This document shows, one piece after another, positions 1 through 12,293 of a DNA stretch of 64,000 nucleotides (the first letter of the stretch is position 1; each line of letters starts with the position of its first letter). Under the pieces are notes generated by a model that had not been told where the DNA came from, searched no databases, and saw only the letters and a program-made list of their open reading frames with translations. The stretch spans positions 1,745,793 to 1,809,792 of the forward strand of contig MU053493.1 of the NCBI GenBank assembly GCA_013239625.1, read 5' to 3'. The stretch comes from Lama guanicoe (lineage: Eukaryota). The position numbers were made by a program, and so were the translations under genes.

Positions 1-711
1 TTTTCATAAAATAGGAGTGGAAAGTTTGTGGCAGGGGGCACATGTGTGTACCAGCTGTGGGCCTGGTGATGGTCTCTCCTGTCAGGGCGGTCCCGGGGAG
101 CATGGTTGGACGAGTGGTATCTCGCGTTTACCACAGGCTGTGTCACTGAGGGAACCTCGGCAGCACAGACTTCACTCCTAAATGCGGGGACCCTTGGGGT
201 GCGCCGGGCGAGATGCAGCAGTGTCCCGAGCCGCTGTCCTGGGGCTCTGCCTGCCTCCTGGAGGCCGGTGCTGGCGGTTTCTGAAACGCCGCGAAGTTTT
301 CTGGTGCTGAGCCTGCACGGTCAGCCGAAAGCAATTTCAGAAGTTGTTTTTTGCTGTGGGGATTGTTTTGTTTTGTTTTAAATGTCTAAGGAACTGTTTC
401 CAGGATAGGCTTAAACACGTAGTTTACTGTTCCAGTTCATACAGTGGCACCCGGCCCGCCTGTTTCCCTTGCCCTTTGCGCTGGGCATCCCTGTCAGGCA
501 GTGCAGGCTGTGATGTGCATCCCGGAGCGCAGCTCTTCGGTCCCACCTGGCTCTGTTTACGTCATTCACCTTCCCTTAGCACTGCTTAGGAGCCAGGGGC
601 TCTAGTCAGAGCCGTTGTCTTAGTCATCTCTTCCTTAGCATCAGCGCGAAATTTGGAAATCAGTGTGGACGACAGACATTAAGTGATCCTGTTTCCTTGT
701 GTGTGTGCCAG

Positions 712-882
712 TCGCCCCTGTTCCTGCTGTTCTTGGACGCCACGTGGCAGCTGTTGGAGCAGTGCCCGGCGGCCTTCGAGTTCTCTGAGGCCTACTTAGC
801 GGTGCTGCACGACAGCACCCGCGTCCCCCTGTTTGGCACCTTCCTGTTCAACTGTCCCCACCAGCGGGTGAAGCAGAGCACG
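712..882 (+). CDS. MTMR10: Myotubularin-related protein 10, internal coding exon (third from last)
   Basis: ccag|TCG...ACG|gtaagt; 171 nt, phase 0/0; SPLFLLFLDATWQLLEQCPAAFEFSEAYL...FGTFLFNCPHQRVKQST is the myotubularin C-terminal 'P.F..FLD..WQL..Q.P..FEF' motif. Confidence 0.95.
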
Positions 883-2956
883 GTAAGTGCGGTGCGGCCG
901 CGGCCACACGGGCTTTTACAGCTTCACGGCGGTAGAGCCGAGGTACGATTAGCCGTGTGTTTAAACTGTGCACCTGGAAACTGTCTGAGCTACCATTTTA
1001 AGCTGTAATTTCCGAAGGGATCATTTAAAGATGGATCGAAAGCGAGCAACTTGAACTTGTTTCATTTTTATGGGTGAGCATTTCATGTATTTTTCTCTGA
1101 TGTTTATTGTTCATAATAAACCAATTTAAAGATGTAGATGGTTTTAACCACCTTAAATGTGGTGCTGTGATATATATGTCTTGGCATGTGGGCTGCCTGG
1201 ACTGCCCAGCAGTGGGATCCTGTTTGAGGACATTGGTTTCCTGGGTCAGAGTATAGAAGTTGTAGAAAGCAGAGTATTTTTCCTCAAGGGTTCTGTGGAG
1301 AAGGAATTTCAGAGATGAAACAAACGTAGGCCTGATACTAGACCAAAATTCTCCACGGGCGCTGTTTACCACTGCCCTTAGGCCGCGTGGCTGTCACTTA
1401 TGGTGGGACTGTCAGTTTCTAGTCACAGGTTGTTGACCCAGAGGAAGAATCATGACTAAGGAGGGTCTCAAGCCAAACTTGAATGTAGCTTCTGGTTGCC
1501 ACCAGTGGAACCTTCTGGACCACAAGTTCTGTCTCACCTACATCTGAAATGACAGAAGAGACAGCTCTGTGGGCCCCAAGGAGGCCTTGCTAGGAAGGGG
1601 GTGGCCTTCATGGTGAGCCGTAGGGTCCTTGGACCCTGGTCTGGGAAAGCGCAGAGCCTGCCTCCCTCATCTGTAAAGCAGCCCTGCAGCCACAGCAGGG
1701 AGAGCGTTCCCCATGCAGATTACCCTGGAGGGGAGTGGTCCAGGATCGTGGGTGTGAAAGGCAGGATGCTCTGGACGCTTCAGGCAATGATTTTATTCAG
1801 GCTCCTGCATCAGGGAGAACTCCAGAATGAGGAACGTCCAAGAAAAGGAGGGGGCGGGGGTCACAAGGCAGGTGGGGCAGTTCTGACCCCAGGGGAGCCC
1901 GGCGCACAGAGAAACAGTGCTGTCGTCAGGTGCTCTAGATCGGACAGTTGGGAAAGGAAGCTGTCGCAGTATATTCTGTGTTGAGACCAGAGATGGGCTC
2001 CGGCGCCTCAGGTCAGGGAGGCTGTCCCTAAAGTAGCGGGTCCGGTGGCTCCTTTCCATTCCTTGTTCACCGGGTCCGGGGTGCAGTGGACGTGTGGCCT
2101 GTAGCACTGTGTTTCCTAGTAACGTTTCGTCCTTGCCTTTTTCCTCATTTCCAAAGAAATTCTTGTTCTTTGTGGAAATTTTGGAGCATACTGAATGGGA
2201 CAGAGCAGAAAGTGAGTCAGTGACTTCCCATCACGCGGAGCCTTGGTGTCGGGATATTTCCTCCAGAGAGCTCATCTGTGGGCACTGACGCGCTAGCCTG
2301 CTTTGTCAGTCGGCCAGGACCAGGGTCCCCTCTCCACGTCACTGAGTGGGCCGGTCCTTTCCTCCTCCATGGTGAGGTGGTCACTGTTGCCCCATAGCAC
2401 TGCGCTGCCTGGGTTTGTTGTGCTGAGAAAACCAGGTCACCAGGGGGCCAGAGGGCCCTCCCGAGAGTGCCGGTCTGGGCCCAGTGCGCGGGCCATGGGG
2501 GAGTTGATTCCTACCTGCCTGCTTCTGGGCTGTGGTCCAGTTAGTGGAGGTCACTGTTAAGTATGCCCACTTAGAGAAAGGTGTGAAACAGATGGCAGTG
2601 ATTTCCATTCAAGGATCGTTCTGCTAATCTACTTAGCATGTTTCCTGTCCAACAGGTAACTGCGTGAATGTGTGATCATGTGCTTAGAAAGTAAAATGCT
2701 GCAATAAAAATAACTTTGATGAGGGGAGTGTCTGGGGAGGTAAAACGCACTCCCCTTGTCATGCGGGGGACCCGGTGTGCCCCCGATGAGCGCCAAGATG
2801 TCTCCTCTCTGGGAGCAGAGTGTGCTGCTCTAGTGGGATTGCAGTTGCTCTAGTTCAGAAAATTTAATTCATAATAAATGACTGATCAAAAAGGGAATTT
2901 ATTAGGAGGAAATCTTTGGCATCTTTTCACGAGTGTTCAAATATTTTATTTTGCAG

Positions 2957-3139
2957 GAATTTGCTATAAGCAAAAATATCCAGTTGGGTGATGAAAAGGG
3001 TTTAAAATTTCCCTCAGTTTGGGACTGGTCTCTTCAGTTTACAGCAAAGGATCGCACCCTTTTCCACAACCCCTTGTACATTGGAAAGAGCCCACCTTGT
3101 GTCCAGAACGGTTCTGCCAAGTCTTTTAAACAGACAAAG
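2957..3139 (+). CDS. MTMR10: MTMR10 penultimate coding exon
   Basis: ttgcag|GAA...AAG|gtaagt; 183 nt, phase 0/0; EFAISKNIQLGDEKGLKFPSVWDWSLQFTAKDRTLFHNPLYIGK. Confidence 0.95.
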
Positions 3140-3486
3140 GTAAGTTACAAAAATGCACCAACAGTAAAAACCCAGTGTCTGCTCCCACGTAACCAAAAAC
3201 ATCCTTCTCAGAATAGAGCAGTAGAAATGTAGTCATCTCCCGTGACAGCGCTGCCCCTGGAGCTCTGAGGGGTCGTTCACGCTGTGACGCGGATGCCTGT
3301 GCCCTGACCTCCTTGCTGGTGTGTGAGGCCCACGAAGCCCTGGTCATCATCCGGAGTCTGCAGACCGCAGCTCTGAGCCCAGGGCGCACTCCCGAGCTGT
3401 CCACTCTGCCCGTCCCTCCTGCAGCCAGCCAGGCCTAGCTTTTTCCTCACCCAGAAATCCTAGCAATTAGCACGTCAGCGAATTGT

Positions 3487-3958
3487 AGGTGGACCCTGCT
3501 TTACTGCCCTTGCTTATTGCACTTTGTAGATACTGCTTTTTTTTTTTTTTTACAAATTGAAGATTTGTGGCGACTGTGTCGAGTTAGTCTGTTGGCGCCA
3601 TTTTTCCTGCAGTATTTGCTCACTTCAATGTCTCTGTGTCACATTTTGGTAATTCTCACAATATTTCCAGTTTTTCATGATTATTATATTCTGGTGATCT
3701 GTGGTCAGTGATCTTTGATGTTACTATAACAGAAAATAACTCACTGAGGGCTCAGATGACGGTTAGCATTTTTAGCAATAAAGTGTGCTTAAGGTCTGTA
3801 CATTGTTTTTTAAGACACTTAATAGACTGCATTATATTGGAAATGTAATTTATATATACACTGGGAAACCAAAAAATTGATGTGACTCGCTTCATTGCAG
3901 TGTCCGCTTTACTGCAGTGTTCTGGAACCCCACCCCACAGATCCCCGAGGCCCGCCAG
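3487..3958 (+). mobile_element. Internally deleted Tigger1-type DNA transposon (TcMar)
   Basis: Tigger1-like 5' part (tacaaattgaagatttgtggc...tctctgtgtcacattttggtaattctc...gatctttgatgttactat) joined to the 3' part (ggctcagatga...actgggaaaccaaaaaatt...gtgactcgctt). Confidence 0.8.
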
Positions 3959-4203
3959 TGATGAATAGGCTCTGACCCCTCCCCAAGCGCAGGCTGTCGC
4001 GCCAGCAGAGTCAAGGCCTAGGGGTGTCCCACTCCACTGGGGGGCTTGGAATAAGTATCACCAGGGGAGGAACAAAATGATCCTGCAGGTTGAAATTCTA
4101 CCGGGTTTTCCCAACACTGGGCTTGCGTTTACCGGCACACTGTCCCCGTCTGTGTGGAAGGGGGGCCCCCGGGAAAGTAACCGCGAGCTCTCTCTTCCTG
4201 CAG

Positions 4204-4809
4204 AAGAGCTACAGCTCCACCCTGCGAGGGCTGCCCGCCGCCTTGAAGAACGGCGTCATCGGCGACCAGGCAGCGCTGCCCCGGCGGAACTCCTTCATCC
4301 TGAGGGCAAAGCCGGAGCCCGCTGGGCCGGGCCACCCGGGCGACGGCCAGGACGGCGGCCTGGACCAGTACTTGCGGGCGTGGCTCTCCCGCCCGGCCGA
4401 CCTGCACGGCGTCATCCTGCCGCACCTCTCGGGGGCGCACATCAAGCTGTGGAAGCTCTGCTACTTCCGCTGGGTGCCCGAGGCCCAGATCCACCGCGGG
4501 GGCGCCATCACCGCCTTCCACAGGCTCTCCCTGCTGGTGGACGAGGTGGACGTGCTGACCAGGACGCTGCGGCAGCACCGGGGCGGCCCGCTGGAGGCCC
4601 GCTACGCCGAGCGGGACCAGGGCAGGATGTACTTCCGCGCCCGCGGCCCCCGGGACGCCTCGGCGCCGCCGGACTTCCTCTCCTCCTCGTTTCCCTTTTC
4701 CCCCGTGGGCAATCTGTGCAGACGCAGCATTTTAGGAACGCCGTTAAGCAAATTTTTAAGTGGGGCCAAGATATGGTTATCTACTGAGACACTAGCAAAT
4801 GAAGACTAA
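4204..4809 (+). CDS. MTMR10: MTMR10 terminal coding exon
   Basis: ctgcag|AAG, 606 nt ending TAA; KSYSSTLRG...IKLWKLCYFRWVPEAQ...GAKIWLSTETLANED* matches the recalled MTMR10 C-terminus. Confidence 0.95.
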   Translation, partial: KSYSSTLRGLPAALKNGVIGDQAALPRRNSFILRAKPEPAGPGHPGDGQDGGLDQYLRAWLSRPADLHGVILPHLSGAHIKLWKLCYFRWVPEAQIHRGGAITAFHRLSLLVDEVDVLTRTLRQHRGGPLEARYAERDQGRMYFRARGPRDASAPPDFLSSSFPFSPVGNLCRRSILGTPLSKFLSGAKIWLSTETLANED

Positions 4810-6760
4810 GCTGCAGGGTTTCTCTGAGCATTCTGGGGGAGCTGTAAGCATTTTCCTCCATGGTTTTTAGCTAACCCAGGCATCTGGAGCTCTAGTAATT
4901 TTATATGTAAGAGTAACAGTTGAAATTTGCACTAATACTTAAAAACATGTTGAATTATGCTTCCTTCACAATATTTTGAAAAGATAGGCATAGATTTTGA
5001 TATTTACATTCTCTTGCCATCATTCTAGGTCTGGCTTGCTTTAGGTGATTTGCAGGCAGACAGCCCCACGACCTCATTACTGTGATCAAACTAATCAGGT
5101 TTTGTCTGCAGCATTTATTTTGTCTCCATCCATTTTTCCAACCACCGACTAAAGGTTCCCTGATCCCGTCGGATTAGTAACTCAAAGAAGCAGACATCAG
5201 GAAAGTTAAGAAATTAGTATTTCCAAGAAGCATCCAATAAACCCCCAATGGGTGTTAGTAGGTATTTTATTTTTCTGGTCACCTTGTAGTATCTCTAATC
5301 GTACTCACCTGAGAGTTGTAACATGTTTTAACACCATAATTTATTTTAGATCACTTTGTTTGGGACCGTAGATCACTGTGTTTTAAAATCATGAGTTTGC
5401 TTTTAACTTCATAGGACTAACTTTAAAACGATATGCACTGTGACTTTAAAAGCATTTGTTGTAGCTAGTATAATGAAACTTAAATGTGCCTTTGACATTA
5501 AGATGTGAATAACAGAGTTAAATAGAATTTTTTTTTAATTTGGGTGTTAAAAAGAGTCCCGCTGCATGTTGGAGAGAGGCTGTTCACACTAAACTTCATT
5601 CTTACTGATAAAGCCACACTTCCCTCTGCAGGTCTCTGGGGACCTGGCGGGCCTGTTGGGGTGGTGGGGAGGGGTGTTGGCATTGGTGTGACAGCATCAC
5701 TGACACCCCCCCCAAAAAAATGGGCCTCTGTCAGTAGCCCAGTGTGCTCATTTCCCTTGGCGATACTCATGAGGTCAAGGGTCAGGTCACCTGCACAGAA
5801 GTCCCTCCTCCCTCAGACAGAGTGCTTCATGCTTAGGCTGGAGAACAGAATCAGTGTCCTTGTCAGTCCTGCCGTCTCAGCACACAGCGAGAGCACCCCG
5901 CCCCAGCCTCTGACAGCAGTGTTACGGGGCAGGGGACAGAAGCACACACGGTGTAGTCTTGGTCTGAAAGTCCCTGGCCTTGAAATCGTGTGACGGGAGC
6001 CGAGCCAGAGCTGTGGGGCCAGCGCTGAGCCTCTTACGGCCGTGACGTCCACGACATTCCCCCCCGCCCCCTCACGTCCTGTTTAAAACTGTGTGGCTGT
6101 TACTTAGAGTTTCTTAAACTGCCAACTTAAGCTTTTTAAAAAACTTTTATGGTAAAGTGTCTGGTTAGCTAATATCCTTTTCTAAAACAAGTTTTTTCAA
6201 AGCGGTGTTTTTTACCTTTATATGTAGCAGATAGCTGTTTCTTTTTGAATTATTTGCTTTTTAAAAATTGATAACTTCTCTGAATTTAAAGGGATGGAAG
6301 TTCCTGTACAATGACTTAGGAAATTCATCTTGTGGATAAACCCAGTGTTTTTGCCAACTTGCATAGAAAATAAGGGCTTTTTTCAGTTTATATAAACAGC
6401 ACCGTTGTCATTAAACATTTTACAGTCCTTGATTGGAAACCAGCTCCAGTCTCCTTCAGACACCACCGCACATCTGCTGCTGAAAGTCTAATAACTTTGC
6501 CCTTTTCCACTTGGCTGCTTTTTTATTATTACAAGTTCTAAATTTGTTACTGTTTTGAGGGTTGAGCATTGATTTCTCTATAGCTTTCTTCCCTCACACA
6601 TTCATTTCAACCCCATTAGTAATTCTTTTTGTTAATTTACAAGTTTAAAAATGATTAGGTACTGTTAATACTGTTTTAAAATAGAAAATGTGCATATTTT
6701 TGTATGATAATCAAATGTAGTAAACTACGGTTTTTTTGTTCCACTTTTGCTGAACAGTTG
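4810..6760 (+). other. MTMR10: Probable MTMR10 3' UTR (3' end uncertain)
   Basis: AU-rich sequence after the stop; candidate poly(A) signals AATAAA 5236-5241, ATTAAA 6410-6415, AGTAAA 6719-6724 followed by a U-rich tract, AATAAA 7285-7290. Confidence 0.5.
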
Positions 6761-7679
6761 TATCATGATTATTGTGCCAGTTTCTTGTGCATAATATGAA
6801 AAACAACTCTTAACAGCCTCGCGTCCTGGCCGCTGCGAAGCTGCTTGGCACCGCTGCTGGCACAGAGGACGTGTGGGGACAGAAGTCCAAGCGTGGTGAT
6901 GGACGCTGGACCACAGAGCTGGCAGCCTGTGCTGACGGAGGGCCACGCCGTGTCAGACAGCTTGGACTTTCTAGGGTCGAACTTAAAGATGTAGTGTCTT
7001 AATTGTTGTTTTTTGATGAAAACCAGTCTTAAAAACCAAAACTGTCTAACTTTATCTAAGAACGTGTATTAATTTCTGCTAACAGAGGGGGAGCACTATG
7101 CATCACGTCCTTCCACAAAGTCTGCTTGGCTGTAGCAGTAACCACGAGTAGATCAAACCTGATTTTGAGAGAAAACTAAAACCTTTGTGCCTCAAATGGA
7201 TGATGACTTGCGTGAAAGCAGGATGAGCAGGAAGATGAGTGACCTTGTTCAGCAGTGATGAGTGTGGAGGAAACCTTGACTGCTAATAAAGCGTCCCCAG
7301 AAGCTGCCCGCCTCAGTTCTCAATGCGAGTATGACAGCACCTGCGAGAACACAGCGATTCCAGAAGCCAAGGTGTGTCCTTCCAGCTGCACTCGTGTGTC
7401 AGCCGCCCCACGGTGCGCCCGCCCTACGAGGAGGGCGTGCTCAGTAACACGTTAACATCAGTTCCCGACCACATGGGTCAGTGGACCAGCCCCTAGGGCG
7501 TCCCCCCACTCAGTAAGTTCCACAGCTGGGGCACCTCATGTCCTTAAGAAGGCCTCAGAGCCAGTCTCTGGAGAGGGCTCCTGGGCCTGCCGTCCTGGTG
7601 ACTTGCCTTCCCTCCTCGTCCCTCCCCGGCCCACGGCTCCACCTGCAGCGACCAGCAGCCCTGTCCAGTCACGGTCTCC

Positions 7680-8115
7680 CTGCAGACCTGTTCCAGGCCC
7701 CCAGGGTGAGGCAAGTATCACAGCAGAACAAGCCACACGAAGCTTTTCTTTCCCCAGTGCATATAAAAGCCCGACTTCCGACATACGGCAGTCTGTTCAG
7801 CGTGCAGGAGCTTTATGTCCAAAAGAAGTCTAACTACCTTAATTTAAAAACACTTTCTCGCTAAAATAGACTGTCATCTGAGCCTTCAGAAAGTGGTGGT
7901 TGTAACATCCAAGATCACAGATCGCCATAACAATATAATAGTAATTTAGAAGTTTGAAACACTGTGAGAATTATTGGACTGTGACACCGGGACATGAAGC
8001 GAGCAGGCACTGAAGGAGGGGTGCCCGCAGACAGGCTCCACCCTGGGCGCCACGAGCCTCGACTGAAAAATGCAGTCTCTGCAAAGCACAGCGAAGCAAA
8101 GCACCGTAAACTGTC
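7680..8115 (-). mobile_element. Second internally deleted Tigger1-type element, more diverged, opposite orientation
   Basis: Plus strand ccagtgcatataaaag...tcatctgagccttcag...gtaacatccaagatcacagatc...tgtgacac is the reverse complement of the same Tigger1 segments. Confidence 0.7.
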
Positions 8116-8658
8116 CAGGAAACTGCCTCTAGTCACTGGGGGTGTTCCCAGGGAGAAGGACGGAAAGGGACAATGGCCTGTGATGAATATGGTGCCTCGC
8201 TGTGGTGACGTGGGCCTGGTTAGGAAGAGCACGTCCTGACAGAAATAATGAGGAACTTAATGAGAATCTGTTTCTTAATCCCTAAAGAAATCAGAATTTC
8301 AACTGTTTATGCCCTTCTATAATCATAAAAACCAAGAATTTCAACAGCCATTTAGATGGGTAAGGGCAGCACAGAAAAACTTAGGTAAATTCAGGAAAAT
8401 CTGTTTTCAATACACTTTTTAGAAAGAAAAAGTGTATGTTCCTTTTATAAAAGACCCAAAGCTGTGAATCATCTCGTTTTGGGGGGTGGTTTTCTGGCTT
8501 TCCTGTAAATATAATAATATACATGCATCCAGCTCCTAAAAGTGGCCACCAAGGCTTTGACCTTTTCAAAAGTTCATTACCTGGAATGAGTATTCAAGCC
8601 AATACCAAGTTTTGTGGCATATGGACACTGCACAGTGATGCGTCATTAAACTACCAGG

Positions 8659-8664
8659 TTTATT
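8659..8664 (-). terminator. FAN1: Candidate FAN1 polyadenylation signal
   Basis: AATAAA on the minus strand ~90 nt after the FAN1 stop, followed by GU-containing sequence. Confidence 0.5.
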
Positions 8665-8753
8665 ACGACAACAAACAGCATTGAGTGAAATGTAGTAACA
8701 CTTTTGAAGACCTCAGGTCCGTGTACAAGCAGACAGCCCCAAGCCCACGGCCC

Positions 8754-8891
8754 TCAGTCAGGGCCCCTGCTCTTCGCTCCGACTGCAACCACGTGGCAGA
8801 CCTCGACGTCGGCCCCCAGCTTCCGCAGCTCGTCCAGCCAGATCATCTGCTTCTGCGACAGACGGTCGTTGGGGCCTTTGACTTCCACCAG
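8754..8891 (-). CDS. FAN1: FAN1 last coding exon (exon 14), VRR-NUC ExK motif
   Basis: cccag|[48 protein letters not shown]; 138 nt. Confidence 0.95.
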   Translation of the reverse strand: MVEVKGPNDRLSQKQMIWLDELRKLGADVEVCHVVAVGAKSRGPD

Positions 8892-9579
8892 CTGGGAGAT
8901 GAGTTTTAAAGTTACTAGCATCTTACTGAGACGGAAGAGCCATGCAGAGAAGCTACAGGAGTTTTCACTGACCACTGTTTAAGTGACTCATACTACTGCA
9001 CAGCTGTGCTGATGATACACATAAAACAACTACAGACATACATGAAATCCATAGAAACTTTCATATTCTGTAGAAACTAGACAGTTCTTCCCAGAGAATT
9101 AGTAAATTGATTCTTAATACAGCAGCTGAAATATAGTTTTAAAGCATGCGGTGGATTGTTACTCCTGCTGAAAACCCTTCAATTACTTTCTGTTGCGTCT
9201 GCAATTAAGTCCAAACGACTTGCCGTGACCTACAAACCTGCATCACCCGGCCCCTGCCAGCCACACCAAAGCCACCTCGGTTCCTGAGACAGACGACTTC
9301 CACCCAGCCAGAAGGGCCTCCCCTCTGCCTGGGATGTCTCTCCCTCCATCCCGTGTCTGATGACTCGTCCTTCAATGTCAGCTTAAATTCATTCACCTCT
9401 AGGTGGGCCCCTTCCTGTGCACTTCTGTCAGGGTGTTTATCATAAGATAGAACCGCTCATTACGTATCAGCTCCAGGAAAGCAGGGACTGTCAGTTCTGT
9501 CCACTGCAGATTACAGAGATTCAAACATACCAGTAGAAACTCCAAAATGAAGTATAGAACAAAATATTTAATAAATGAG

Positions 9580-11030
9580 CATTTCAGCAGTCTAATAGGA
9601 GTTTAGAGTCCCCAAAGAGAAGAGAAAAACATTTGAAGAAATAATGGCCAAAAAAATTTCAAATTTGATGGAAACTATAAACCCAAAGATCCAAGAAGCT
9701 CAATGAATGCCAAGCACAGAACCATAAAGAACACTACACTGAGAAACGTCATAATTCAGCTGTGTAATCAGTGGGAAAAGGAGCATCTTCAAAGCAGCCA
9801 GAATTTTTAAAAGCCAGAGAGGAAAGACTGCAGATTTCTCATTGGAAGCAATGCCAGCTAGATGACAGTGGACCAGTATCTTCAGGTACTGGGGGAAAAT
9901 GTCAACAATTCTTGGTCCAGAGGAAGTATCTTTCAAAGACAGACTTAAAAGTCTTACAGTATAGGGGAGAAGGTATACCTCAAGTGGTAGAGCACATGCT
10001 TAGCATGCACGAGGTCCTGGGTTCAGTCCCCAGTACCTTCTTTAAAAATAAATAAACCTAGTTACTCCCCCAAGATAAAAAATAATTAAGGAATACAATA
10101 ATAAAGTATTTTTTTTTAGTCTTACAATATATAAAACCTAAATAATTCATTACTAGCAGACTTCCATTTCAAGAACTGTTAAGGAAGTTCTTCAATCAGG
10201 AAGAGTGACAATACATGGAACTCTAGATCTATGTAAAGGAATAACAAATGTCACTCTTTGTACTGACATGAGTAAATATACAGACTCATTAGTCAACTGC
10301 AGAAAGCAAATATAATTGTGTTGCAGAGTTGGTAACAGTCAAGGTATAATGTACACACAGCACAAAGTCTGGGAGAGGAGACATAAAAATGCACTGTTGT
10401 AAAGGTTCTCTGTATTACACATGTACTAGCACAACATCACTTAAAGGTGGATGAGATACACACTGTAAACACCAATGCAACTGCTTGAAACATAGCAAAG
10501 AGTTACAGCTAACAAGCCAACAAAGGGACAAAACGCAGTCTTTAAAAAAAAAAAAGGCAGAGAAAATAAGAGCTGAGATAAATAAACCACCATCAAGGTG
10601 GTAGGTTTGAAGCCAGACATGGATACCATCACATTACATGTAAATGTTCCAAATACCCAATTAAGAGGCAAAGGTGTCACATTAGATTAAAAAGTAAGAC
10701 TCAGATATATGCTGCCTACGAGAGTGTAACTCACACATTAATATAAAGGTAAAAGAAGTTAAAAAGTAAAAAAAAAAAAAAAGTATTACATTAACACTAA
10801 CCAACCCAAAGTGGAGTGGCTATAAATTAGTATCAGTCGATTTCAGAGCAAAGAACATCCCCAGGAATAAAGGAAGGTCATTTCATACTGAGATTGAGTT
10901 CGATTCATCAGGGAGACGTGACAATCCTGAAAGTCTATACACTGAATAAGAGAGCTTCACAGTGGATGAAGCAAATGCTGACAGAACCACAGAGAGAAAG
11001 ACTCAAATCCACAAGCGCAGAGACATCCTG
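9580..11030 (+). mobile_element. Old degraded L1 fragment (ORF1 end to ORF2 endonuclease region), interrupted by a SINE
   Basis: atttgaagaaataatggcc...aaatttgatggaaactataaacc...atccaagaagctcaa; later tacatgtaaatg...ccaattaagaggcaaag...gatttcagagcaaag. Confidence 0.7.
9964..10117 (+). mobile_element. tRNA-Ala-derived SINE (camelid vic-1-like)
   Basis: A/B-box head, gcttagcatgc core, aataaaccta..ta tail; TSD agtcttaca(g/a)tata at 9950-9963 and 10118-10131. Confidence 0.85.
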
Positions 11031-11654
11031 TGACACCAGAAGCCTGACCCACTGGAGAACAGATCAGCTGGACTCTATCCAAATGTAAAACTTCCACTCT
11101 TCAGAAGGTACTAGTTAGACAGTGAGATGGCAAGTCACAGACTGGATGAGACAGATGTGATGAACTGGTACTCAGAGCTCAGTCACACGGGAACCGCCAG
11201 CCTGCGCGGGGCAAAGGGTGAGACCAGGGTGAGGCGGGCGCGAGCCGGCCTACAGCGCCAGGAGGTGCTCACTCGGGGAGAACACAGCCCCCGACCATCC
11301 TGGCCCCTGGCGTTCACGCCCCAAGGCGGTCCCTCCCTCTAAGTGGGGCCGGACCCAGGGCCTCGCTCTAACAGCAGACACAGCGGAGGTGGCGGCGGTG
11401 CCTCTGAGGCCGGGGGCTGAGGGGCTGACTTCTGTGGGACTCACACCCGCTCTGCTCTCTCACCTGCCCTGGTGAGACCAGCCACCTGGCGGAGTGGCCC
11501 ACACGCCAGCACTCAGCCCAGGGCCCTGGCCCTCTGTCCAGGGGCTCTCAAGTTCAGTCTTGCCAACAACCATGCAAGAAATGCCTAGACCGTGGCCTCT
11601 GATTAAGTTCATCATAAAACTACACAGGTGAGTTTCCATTCCAGCTCAACTGAC

Positions 11655-11783
11655 CTTACAGCAGTGACTCCGGGAGTTCCACACCACCAGGTCGGGCAGG
11701 CCCCCTCGGCAGTGTCGCAAGTCTGTGGCGAGTCGCCGGCACACACCGCTGAGGACGGGGCCCCCTAGGCAGGAAACCAGGTC
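11655..11783 (-). CDS. FAN1: FAN1 exon 13, catalytic PD motif
   Basis: ttcag|GAC...AAG|gtcag; [43 protein letters not shown]; 129 nt. Confidence 0.95.
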
Positions 11784-12047
11784 CTGAACACAAGACACAG
11801 GGACAGTCAGCCACTCCATCCTTCCCGGGATCAGAGACGAGGAGACTGGCGCATCAGTCGACAGAAACAGAGGCTGAGGCCCCGGGGCGGTTCGTCTGCC
11901 GCTGCGGGGACTCCGGAGCTGCCAGCTGCCGTGCCCCAGCCAGCTTGGGGCTGCCAGTCTCCCCGTGCTGCTGCCCAGTCGGGAAGCTCCCAGGGGCAGC
12001 CAAGGAAGAGGGAATTCGGAGGAAACAGGATGGGATGGTGCTGACCA

Positions 12048-12094
12048 CAGAGCCGCCAGTCACACGGACAGGGACGGTGTCCTCCCTCCGGGGA
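12048..12094 (+). repeat. 47-bp dispersed direct repeat, copy 1
   Basis: 43/47 identical to 14172-14218. Confidence 0.85.
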
Positions 12095-12293
12095 CCACAG
12101 GTCAGGAGAAGGGAAGCCACCAACTACATGGCACAGGTTTGTGCCTGTTTACTGATCCCGTCAGTGACGGAGGCACGCGGGCCGGGGGACCAGACACATG
12201 CACACACATGCCCCCGTGTCTGTGCACTGTGCACGCAGGTGTGTGCATGAGGAGCTACTACTTTCTGACCGAATCCAGCCTGCACAGTTTCAC

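Noticed and set aside
4077..4787. 236-aa alternative-frame ORF, plus 149-aa and 78-aa antisense ORFs, over the MTMR10 last exon
   Set aside because: The 236-aa ORF starts at an intronic ATG, the products are Arg/Pro/Gly-rich low complexity, and extreme GC3 removes off-frame stops.
9964..10045. tRNA-Ala(AGC)-like sequences here and at about 11 other sites
   Set aside because: They have A-rich tails, TSDs and broken stems, so they are SINEs rather than tRNA genes.
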